DNA from: Nitriliruptoraceae bacterium
GTDB lineage: Bacteria; Actinomycetota; Nitriliruptoria; Nitriliruptorales; Nitriliruptoraceae
Reading direction: 5' to 3'
DNA length: 35,146 nucleotides
Assembly (NCBI GenBank): GCA_050486325.1
Contig: JBJHDB010000001.1
Span: forward strand, 1-35,146
Under the pieces are notes generated by a model. The model was given only the letters and a program-made list of their open reading frames with translations. It did not search any database and was not told the DNA's origin. Below are positions 27,615-34,316 of this stretch, piece by piece. The stretch's first letter is position 1, and the number at the start of each line of letters is the position of its first letter. The position numbers and the translations under genes were made by a program.

Positions 27615-29168
27615 TCAGTGCCGGAAGTGGCGCCGCCCCGTGAACACCATCGCGATGTCGTGCGCGTCGGCGGCGGCAATCACCTCGTCGTCACGCACAG
27701 ACCCGCCCGGCTGCACGATAGCGGTCACCCCGGCCTGCGCGGCGGCCTCGATGCCGTCGGCGAACGGGAAGAACGCATCCGAGGCGAGCACCGCACCGTG
27801 CTGGCGTCCGTCGGCCCGTTCGACGGCCAGCCGAACACTGTCGACCCGGCTCATCTGCCCGGCGCCGACCCCGACGACCTGTCCGTCGAGCGCCAGAACG
27901 ATCGCGTTCGACTTGGTGTGCTTGCACGCCAGCCAGGCCAGCCGCAGATCAGCCGTCAATCCCTCGTCGAGCTGCCGGGCGGAGACGGTGCGCCATTCCT
28001 CCCATGGCTCCGCATCCACGTCGGCGTCCTGCACGAGCAGCCCTCCGTCGATGCTTCGTAGCTGCAGGGCGCCCTCGTCTCGTTCTGGCTCGACGACGAG
28101 CAGTCGCAGGTTGTCCTTGGTCATGAGCAGGTCCCGAGCGTCGTCGTCGTATCCCGGCGCGACGACGACCTCGGTGAACACCTCGCCGATCCCGGCGGCC
28201 GTGGCCCCATCGACCGTGCGGTTGGCTGCCACGATGCCACCGAACGCGCTGACCGGATCTCCGGCCAGTGCCTTGGCGTGCGCCTCGGCCAGGGTCGCCG
28301 CGATCGCGTACCCGGCCGGGTTGGTGTGCTTGATGATCGCCACGCACGGCTCGTCCTGCTCGACGACCATGCCCCAGGCGGCGTCGGCATCGAGCAGGTT
28401 GTTGTAGGACAGGGGTTTGCCGTGCAGCTGACGGGCGCCAGCGACACCACCTCCCTGGTCGCGCACGTAGAGCGCCGCCCGCTGGTGGGGGTTCTCGCCG
28501 TAACGCAACCGCTCACCGAGCACGAACGTCTGCGACAGCTGTGCGGGGAACGCCTCGCCGCGGGCGAACCACGCGGCGATCGCGGCGTCGTACGCGGCGG
28601 TGTGGGCGAAGGCGCGACGTGCGAGCTCACCGCGCCGCTCAGGCGCGACGGCACCGGTGGCGGCGATCTCGGCGAGGACGGGTGCATAGTCCTGTGGATC
28701 GACGACGACCGCGACGCTGGCGTGATTCTTGGCGGCTGCACGGATCATGGTCGGCCCGCCGATGTCGATCATCTCGATGACCTCGGCCTCGCCGGAGCCG
28801 GCGGCGACCGTGTCCGCGAACGGGTACAGGTTGACCACGACCAGCCCGATCGGGACCACGCCGAGCCGGTCGAGCTCGTCGCGATGCTCGGCTCGCCGGC
28901 GATCGGCGAGGATGCCGGCGTGGACACGCGGGTGGAGGGTCTTGACCCGGCCGTCGAGGCACTCGGGGAACCCGGTGATCTCGCTGACCTCGGTCACGGC
29001 CACGCCGGCGTCACGGATGGCCGCGGCGGTCGAGCCGGTCGAGACGATCTCGATCCCGGCCTTGGCCAATCCGATGGCCAGCTCGGCGACCCCGGTCTTG
29101 TCGAAGCAGCTGACCAGTGCACGCTGGATCGGCCCCTCGGTTGCGGACGGCGGTGAGCTCGCAGGCAT
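27615..29168 (-). CDS. purH: Bifunctional AICAR transformylase/IMP cyclohydrolase
   Basis: 517-aa ORF reading RALVSCFDKTG...VSTGSTA...LDGRVKTLHP...C-terminal QPGGSVRDDEVI..A....IAMVFTGRRHFRH. Confidence 0.92.
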   Translation of the reverse strand: MPASSPPSATEGPIQRALVSCFDKTGVAELAIGLAKAGIEIVSTGSTAAAIRDAGVAVTEVSEITGFPECLDGRVKTLHPRVHAGILADRRRAEHRDELDRLGVVPIGLVVVNLYPFADTVAAGSGEAEVIEMIDIGGPTMIRAAAKNHASVAVVVDPQDYAPVLAEIAATGAVAPERRGELARRAFAHTAAYDAAIAAWFARGEAFPAQLSQTFVLGERLRYGENPHQRAALYVRDQGGGVAGARQLHGKPLSYNNLLDADAAWGMVVEQDEPCVAIIKHTNPAGYAIAATLAEAHAKALAGDPVSAFGGIVAANRTVDGATAAGIGEVFTEVVVAPGYDDDARDLLMTKDNLRLLVVEPERDEGALQLRSIDGGLLVQDADVDAEPWEEWRTVSARQLDEGLTADLRLAWLACKHTKSNAIVLALDGQVVGVGAGQMSRVDSVRLAVERADGRQHGAVLASDAFFPFADGIEAAAQAGVTAIVQPGGSVRDDEVIAAADAHDIAMVFTGRRHFRH

Positions 29169-29190
29169 CGGTCGCGCTCCGGGTCGTGGT

Positions 29191-29901
29191 TCAGTCGGAC
29201 GAGGCGTCGAACGGGGTGTCGGACGAGGTCGCGGACGGCGCGTGGGACGGTGTGACGATCACGCGCCGCCCGTCACGCCGCAGTCTTGCGTGGCACAGCA
29301 GGCGGACGCAGTGTGTCAACAGTTCATGTTCGACCTTGCGGATGCGGGCCTGAAGACGGTCGAGGTCGTCGTCCGGGTGCACCTCGACGGCACGCTGGGC
29401 GACTATCGGCCCGGTGTCGACACCTTCGTCGACGAGGTGGACGGTCACGCCGGTCACCTTCACCCCGTGTGCGAGAGCGTCGGCGACCGCGTTCGCGCCG
29501 GGAAACGACGGGAGCAACGACGGGTGGATGTTGACCACCCGGTCGGGCCAGCGGGCCAGGAACTGCCCCGACAGCAGGCGCATGAACCCTGCGAGCACCA
29601 CCGCGTCGACCCGGTGGGCCGTGAGGTCGTCGGCGAGTGCGGCCTCCCAGTCGCCACGATCGAGATACCCGCCGATCGGATGCGTGACGGTGGAGATCCC
29701 TGCGGCCTGCGCATGATCGAGCGCGCCCGCGTCGCCGCGGTCCGTGCCGACCACCACGACCTGCCCACCGAAGCCGGGATCCCGGTCGATCGCGTGCAGC
29801 AACGCGACCAGGTTGGTTCCGGCGCCCGAAACGAGCACGCCGATACGGCTCGGAGCCGGCCGCTGCTGCGCTGTTCCCAGGTCCCACCTCGACGCCGCCA
29901 C
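29191..29901 (-). CDS. purN: Phosphoribosylglycinamide formyltransferase
   Basis: The sequence reads RIGVLVSGAGTNLVALL...VVLAGFMRLL...VVNIHPSLLPSFPG...GVTVHLVDEGVDTGPI. I tentatively place the start at GTG 29901. The SD is weak and the longer track ORF would overlap the divergent NlpC/P60 gene. Confidence 0.85.
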   Translation of the reverse strand: MAASRWDLGTAQQRPAPSRIGVLVSGAGTNLVALLHAIDRDPGFGGQVVVVGTDRGDAGALDHAQAAGISTVTHPIGGYLDRGDWEAALADDLTAHRVDAVVLAGFMRLLSGQFLARWPDRVVNIHPSLLPSFPGANAVADALAHGVKVTGVTVHLVDEGVDTGPIVAQRAVEVHPDDDLDRLQARIRKVEHELLTHCVRLLCHARLRRDGRRVIVTPSHAPSATSSDTPFDASSD

Positions 29902-30008
29902 GTTCGTGCAGACCCTACCCGCAGGCGCCTTCACCACTCGGACAGGGCCGCCTACCAGTTGACGCGGCAGACGTCGATAGCCTGCGGCCACCGTGCCGAG
30001 GAGACCAG

Positions 30009-31106
30009 GTGAACGTGACACGTGAGCGCCGCCGGGGCCGCGTTCACGTGTTCATCGTGGCGGCGTGCACGACCGTGTTCGCCATCGCCCCAGCGCTTCC
30101 CGCACTCGCTCAGCCCAGCGCGCTGATCCGCGCTGAACTGGAACGCAAAGAGGCGCAGCTCGACGATCTGTCCGCCCGGGTCGAGATCGCCGTCGACGAG
30201 TATCACGAAGCCAACGATGCACTCGCCGACGTCGAACGGCGCATGGAAACCACCGCGGACGAGATCGAGCGGCTCCGGGCAGAGCACGCGCAGCTGCGCG
30301 AGGCATCGCGCGTGCACGCCCGACGCATGCACGTCCTGGGTCCGACGATGGAGCTGTCCTCGGTGCTGGTGGCCAGCGATCCGACCGCGGCTGGCATGCG
30401 CGCGGCGACGATGCGGCGCATCCTCACCACCCAGCACGGTGACCTCGAGCAGCTGGCGGCCACCCGCGAGGCGCTCGTCGCCGGCGAGGCGCGCCTGGAC
30501 GACCTGCACCGACAGGCGCGCGAACGCGCCGACGAGGTCGCTGCTCGTCGCCAGGAGATCGAACGGACGCTCGACGAGGTCGGCGACCAGGTACTGGCGC
30601 TGCGCGGCGAACTCGACGCGGCGGTGTCGGCCGAGCAGGCCGCGCGCCGGCAACGCGAGCAGGCGGCGGCCCAGGCCGCCGCCGAACAGGCACGCATCGA
30701 CCGCGAGGCATCCACGCCCGCCTCGGCGTCACCGGCCGCCTCCGCCCCTCGGGCCGGTGCCAATGCTGCGGTCGATGCCGCGCTGTCGCGGATCGGCATG
30801 CCCTACCGCTGGGGCGCGACCGGCCCGGACTCGTTCGACTGCTCGGGGCTGATGGTGTGGGCCTGGCGGCAGGCCGGTGTGGAGCTCGGATACCGCAGCT
30901 CTGCCGCGCAGTTCGCCAACCTGCCGGAGGTGTCACGCAGCGACCTGCGCCCCGGTGACCTGGTGTATGCGGGCTCGCCTCGGGTCCACCACGTCGGGAT
31001 GTACATCGGCAACGGCCAGATCGTGCACGCACCCCAGTCGGGCCGGCCCGTCGAGATCCGCTCGATGGAACGTCGCGACCTGCGCGGGTTCCGACGCCCC
31101 AGGTAG
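30009..31106 (+). CDS. Secreted NlpC/P60 peptidoglycan endopeptidase with an N-terminal coiled-coil (RipA/RipC-like)
   Basis: 365-aa ORF with a signal peptide (VFIVAACTTVFAIAPALPALA). A long Ala/Glu/Arg-rich helical region comes next, then an NlpC/P60 core PYRWGATGPDSFDCSGLMVWAW...HHVGMYIGNGQIVHAP carrying the Cys-His catalytic residues. Confidence 0.85.
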   Translation: MNVTRERRRGRVHVFIVAACTTVFAIAPALPALAQPSALIRAELERKEAQLDDLSARVEIAVDEYHEANDALADVERRMETTADEIERLRAEHAQLREASRVHARRMHVLGPTMELSSVLVASDPTAAGMRAATMRRILTTQHGDLEQLAATREALVAGEARLDDLHRQARERADEVAARRQEIERTLDEVGDQVLALRGELDAAVSAEQAARRQREQAAAQAAAEQARIDREASTPASASPAASAPRAGANAAVDAALSRIGMPYRWGATGPDSFDCSGLMVWAWRQAGVELGYRSSAAQFANLPEVSRSDLRPGDLVYAGSPRVHHVGMYIGNGQIVHAPQSGRPVEIRSMERRDLRGFRRPR

Positions 31107-31111
31107 ATGAC

Positions 31112-31139
31112 GCCACCGGGATGAGGTGGCCGGGCCACC
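31112..31139. terminator. Three-arm GC hairpin element between the convergent NlpC/P60 and small-protein genes
   Basis: The arms are gccacc (31112-31117), ggtggc (31125-31130) and gccacc (31134-31139). The middle arm can pair with either flank, for example ggtggc-cgg-gccacc. It starts 6 nt after the TAG stop at 31104-31106. Confidence 0.25.
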
Positions 31140-31179
31140 GTCTGCGCTGCCGGGATTCCGGCCGACGGGACGACCTGGA

Positions 31180-31398
31180 TCAGTCGTCGAGCACCCGGGA
31201 GACGATGCCCTCGGCTTCGTCCAGACGGGCTTCGTCGACGAAAAGCCGTGGTCCCCAGTCGGCCGCGAACAGCATCCTCGCCATCCCGCCAGGCCGCTTG
31301 ATCCACCACACGATTCCGGCGTCATCGAGTGCGGCAGCGATCCGGTCGGCGTTCTCGTCCGTGAACTGGCCGAGTTGGACCGTGCGGATGTCACTCAC
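31180..31398 (-). CDS. Small hypothetical protein (72 aa)
   Basis: The track ORF (31180-31485) overlaps the tRNA gene, so I place the start at GTG 31398, preceded by aaagg. The product is VSDIRTVQLGQFTDENADRIAAALDDAGIVWWIKRPGG...EAEGIVSRVLDD. I do not recognise a family. Confidence 0.45.
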   Translation of the reverse strand: MSDIRTVQLGQFTDENADRIAAALDDAGIVWWIKRPGGMARMLFAADWGPRLFVDEARLDEAEGIVSRVLDD

Positions 31399-31445
31399 CT
31401 GTCGGACCTTTGCCGTCGGCTGGTGCGTAGGATCCCCGGAATCGC

Positions 31446-31529
31446 GCGGGTGTGCTGGAACGGTATACAGAGGGGTCTTAAACACCCCCGGACGTCATGT
31501 CCATGTGGGTTCGAATCCCACCACCCGCA
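31446..31529 (+). tRNA. tRNA-Leu, anticodon UAA (class II, long variable arm)
   Basis: Folded by hand. The acceptor gcgggtg (31446-52) pairs perfectly with cacccgc (31522-28), and the discriminator is A at 31529. The D stem is ctg/cag with GG in the loop. The anticodon stem is ggggt/acccc with loop cTTAAac, giving anticodon TAA at 31479-81. The variable arm is ggac-gtcat-gtcc. The T arm is gtggg-ttcgaat-cccac. CCA is not encoded (ccc follows). Confidence 0.9.
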
Positions 31530-31717
31530 CCCTTGCGCCCGGCTGCACGGCAATCGCGGTTGGGGCTCGCGACCGTCAGCGCGTCCCCGAGCGTGCTGCA
31601 ACGGTACGGATGTGGGTGAACGCTCACGGATGCTACGGTCCGGCCGCGTTTGGTCCAGGGCGTCGATATGCCCCTCACCGCCGCCGACTGTCTCGCCGTC
31701 TACCAAGGGGATCAACT

Positions 31718-32476
31718 GTGAACCGTCCACGCTGTGTCCGCTCAGTAGCAGCCCTCACCGCCCTGGCGATTCTGACAAGTGCCTGTGCTGGCGGGCTAGG
31801 GGATTCGTCCGGCGACGAGTCATCCGCGGTGGCGGAAACGGATGACGCGGACGTCGACACGAGCGCTGGCTTTGATGATGCCACAGACGGGGACGACGGG
31901 TCCCAAGAGAGTGCGCAGGCCACCTCCGCGCTCGAGCCGGACGATGGGTGGAGCGAGCTGCACAGCTTCGACCTGCCGGCATCCGGATCGGCCGAACTGA
32001 CCATCGACGGCCAGACGTTCGTCGCCGACGTGCAGTGTGTCGGACCCGGCATCGTGCCGGACGACATGATGGACGGCAACGTGCCGCTGAACGAGTTCAT
32101 TCTGTTCAGCTTCGTGATGCGAGGCCAGGGAACGACCGATGAGGGCGCGAACTATCGGCTCGTCGTCGAGCGTGGTATCCACATCGCCGGCGACCGCTGG
32201 CTGAACCTGCAGCACGCGGGCTTCGGCGGCGACGGCCAGCTCGACCTCGTCAGTTTCAGCGGTGGTGATGCCGGTGCCTCGCGTCAGCAGACACCGTCGT
32301 CTGACGACCCTGACGGCGCGCTCCTTCCGCTGGTTCGAGTGGCCCCGTCCGGTGGTGTCACGGCACAGGGTGAACTCCGCCACGAGTTCGAGGGCGATTC
32401 GACCCCGACAGGTCCGTTCACCCTCGCCGCCCAGTGCCAAGATGGTTGGCCGGACGACGTGATCGCCACTGAATGA
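31718..32476 (+). CDS. Secreted protein or putative lipoprotein of unknown function with an acidic low-complexity linker
   Basis: I place the start at GTG 31718, which is 7 nt after aagggg, giving 252 aa. There is a signal peptide ending ALAILTSAC, a non-canonical lipobox. A D/E/S-rich linker (GDSSGDESSAVAETDDADVDTSAGFDDATDGDDGSQE) follows, then a globular domain of about 170 aa with two Cys. The upstream part of the 451-aa track ORF crosses the tRNA. Confidence 0.6.
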   Translation: MNRPRCVRSVAALTALAILTSACAGGLGDSSGDESSAVAETDDADVDTSAGFDDATDGDDGSQESAQATSALEPDDGWSELHSFDLPASGSAELTIDGQTFVADVQCVGPGIVPDDMMDGNVPLNEFILFSFVMRGQGTTDEGANYRLVVERGIHIAGDRWLNLQHAGFGGDGQLDLVSFSGGDAGASRQQTPSSDDPDGALLPLVRVAPSGGVTAQGELRHEFEGDSTPTGPFTLAAQCQDGWPDDVIATE

Positions 32477-32620
32477 CCGCAATCGGCGTCTGGATGCGTC
32501 AGCGCGGGGGAATCTCGCGACCGGCGCTACCGGACACACCCGCCCCTCCATAGCGTTGGGTATGCCAGGTCCGAAGGCCAATCGAACCTATGCTGACCTT
32601 GATAACACGAAGGAGCCAGC

Positions 32621-32764
32621 GTGGCCAAGAAGATGGGTCTATCCAAGATCCTGCTCATCGCGGCAGTCGTCGTTTTCGTACTGGCCGCGTTCGGTGTGGG
32701 GATCGGCAAGGTAAACCTCATCGCCGTGGGCCTTGCGCTGGGATTCGCGAGCTTCATCGCCTAG
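32621..32764 (+). CDS. Small hydrophobic membrane peptide (47 aa, two predicted TM segments), absent from the ORF track
   Basis: gaaggag (32609-32615) lies 5 nt before GTG 32621. The product is VAKKMGLSKILLIAAVVVFVLAAFGVGIGKVNLIAVGLALGFASFIA, ending at TAG 32762-32764. It sits in a locally less GC-rich intergenic stretch. Confidence 0.55.
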   Translation: MAKKMGLSKILLIAAVVVFVLAAFGVGIGKVNLIAVGLALGFASFIA

Positions 32765-32783
32765 TGGCCGGCGCGACCTGCCG

Positions 32784-34316
32784 TCATTCGGCCTGGCCGG
32801 TCACCGCAGCCCGATCGGGTGTCGCCTGGCCGGTCGCGGCAGCCTGATCGGGTGTAGCGGCGTCCGAGGTGCCCGGTGTGGTCAGGCGCACCAGCGGGCC
32901 TCGCGAGAACAACGCCGGGTCGACGTCCACTCCGGCCGCATTCCAGGCCGTCGGCGGGATGCCCAGGTCGGCGACGTAGAGATCGCCGCAGTAAGGATGC
33001 GCCATCCGTTCGGCCAGCCCGCGTGTGGGCAGCCCGAGCGCGATCGTGACGTCGACGGTGACGCACGGCCCGACCACACCCCGGTCGGCCACCATGCCAC
33101 TGGGCAGGTCTACGGCCACGATCCGCACGGCGTAGTCGCGCAGCCAGCTTGCCGCCCGCGCAGGCAGGTCCCGGAGCGGAGAGACCGCTCCGACGCCAAG
33201 CATCGCGTCGACCACGATCGACGCGGGCGCCGGAAGGAGGCCGAGGTCGCCGTCTGCGCTGTCGACCGGCACACCGACCGACCGGAGCACATGGGTCTGC
33301 TCCGGCAGCCGCGGTGCGCCGATTGTGACCACCCGCACATGCGCGCCGCCGGCCGCGAGCAGTCGGGCGGCGGCCAACCCGCATGCGCCGTTGCTGCTCG
33401 GCCCGGCAAGCACGGTCACCTCGGCACCGTCGAGGTCGCCTCCTTCGAGCCGTCGCACCGCGTGGGCGACCCCCCGCGCGGAATGCTCGGCACGCTGGGC
33501 CAGGCCGACACCGCGGTCGTCTAGCCAGTCACGAACCGCCCGCACCGTCGACGTCGCGACGTGAGGAACGGACTGCTGATCGCGTTCTGGCAGCGATCCC
33601 TCGAGCAGCATCGGACGATGGCGCCGCGGTGCGGACTCCCACGGACGCACGACTCGGTCATCACCGAGCTCATCCGGGCCGCGGCCGCCGTGCCAGTCGT
33701 CGATGGCGACGTCGAGGAGCGACGTGAGTACCCGTGCCGTCGCCCCCCAAAGCAGGTCGTCGTCGAGCTGCCAGGCCCAGCTGGTCTCACCGTCGCTCAG
33801 CGGAACCTGCCGTTGCCGTCCAGGGTCGAGCAGCTGGGTCAACGGCACGTGCAGGATCCGGTCGACCTCCCAGGGGTTCTCGCTCAGCGGGTGCGGCCGC
33901 TGCCACTGGGCGATGACCGGGACGACCCAGAACCGTGACGGCGGGATGTAGAACTTCGGCCCGACACCGACGACGTCGACGCTGGCCGGGTCGAGGCCGA
34001 CCTCCTCGCGCGCCTCGCGCAGTGCAGCGTCCTCGACCGACTCGCCCGGGTCGATCCGACCACCGGGGAACGACACCTGTCCCGGATGCGAGCGCAGGTC
34101 CTGGCGTCGACGGGTCAGGACCAGTTGGGGACCTTCGTCGGTTGGTTCCAGCAGCACGAGCACCGCTCCGGCCCGCGCCTGAGGCGGCGGGGTGCGGTCC
34201 TCGGCGGGCACGTCGGCGAGCATCTGGGCCAGCCGCGGCCAGAAACGATCCAAGGCGAATCGTGGGTCCACACCGCCCTCCCGTGATCGCGCAACTTCAG
34301 CTGGTCGCGGCGTCAC
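32784..34316 (-). CDS. Fusion protein: N-terminal Nudix hydrolase of the CoA-pyrophosphatase type plus a C-terminal YjeF_N (NAD(P)HX-epimerase-fold) domain
   Basis: Single 510-aa frame. Residues about 45-205 carry LVLTRRRQDLRSHPGQVSFPGG (CoA-pyrophosphatase signature) and the Nudix box GGRIDPGESVEDAALREAREEVGL, and end with LWGATARVL. Residues about 255-465 are VTVLAGPSSNGACGLAAARLLAAGGAHVRVV...VVDAMLGVG...IVAVDLPSGMVADRG...VTIALGLPTRGL...YVADLGIP, which is collinear with YjeF_N. The GTG start overlaps the ppx stop (GTGA at 34313-34316). Confidence 0.75.
   Translation of the reverse strand: MTPRPAEVARSREGGVDPRFALDRFWPRLAQMLADVPAEDRTPPPQARAGAVLVLLEPTDEGPQLVLTRRRQDLRSHPGQVSFPGGRIDPGESVEDAALREAREEVGLDPASVDVVGVGPKFYIPPSRFWVVPVIAQWQRPHPLSENPWEVDRILHVPLTQLLDPGRQRQVPLSDGETSWAWQLDDDLLWGATARVLTSLLDVAIDDWHGGRGPDELGDDRVVRPWESAPRRHRPMLLEGSLPERDQQSVPHVATSTVRAVRDWLDDRGVGLAQRAEHSARGVAHAVRRLEGGDLDGAEVTVLAGPSSNGACGLAAARLLAAGGAHVRVVTIGAPRLPEQTHVLRSVGVPVDSADGDLGLLPAPASIVVDAMLGVGAVSPLRDLPARAASWLRDYAVRIVAVDLPSGMVADRGVVGPCVTVDVTIALGLPTRGLAERMAHPYCGDLYVADLGIPPTAWNAAGVDVDPALFSRGPLVRLTTPGTSDAATPDQAAATGQATPDRAAVTGQAE
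32791..32856. repeat. 33-bp tandem duplication inside the 3' end of the Nudix-YjeF_N gene
   Basis: The copies are gcctggccggtcaccgcagcccgatcgggtgtc (32791-32823) and gcctggccggtcgcggcagcctgatcgggtgta (32824-32856), with 29 of 33 positions identical. They encode the C-terminal TPDQAAATGQA / TPDRAAVTGQA. Confidence 0.85.

Noticed and set aside
31121-31717. Upstream 199 codons of the 451-aa ORF 31121-32476, plus the 31399-31485 part of the minus-strand ORF
   Set aside because: Both run through the tRNA-Leu gene and through the convergent small gene. The signal-peptide start at 31718 with an SD explains the real product.
31446-31720. tRNA-Leu as an attachment site for an integrated element
   Set aside because: There is no integrase, no duplicated copy of the tRNA 3' end, and no compositional island downstream. 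The flanking genes look native in GC content and codon style.
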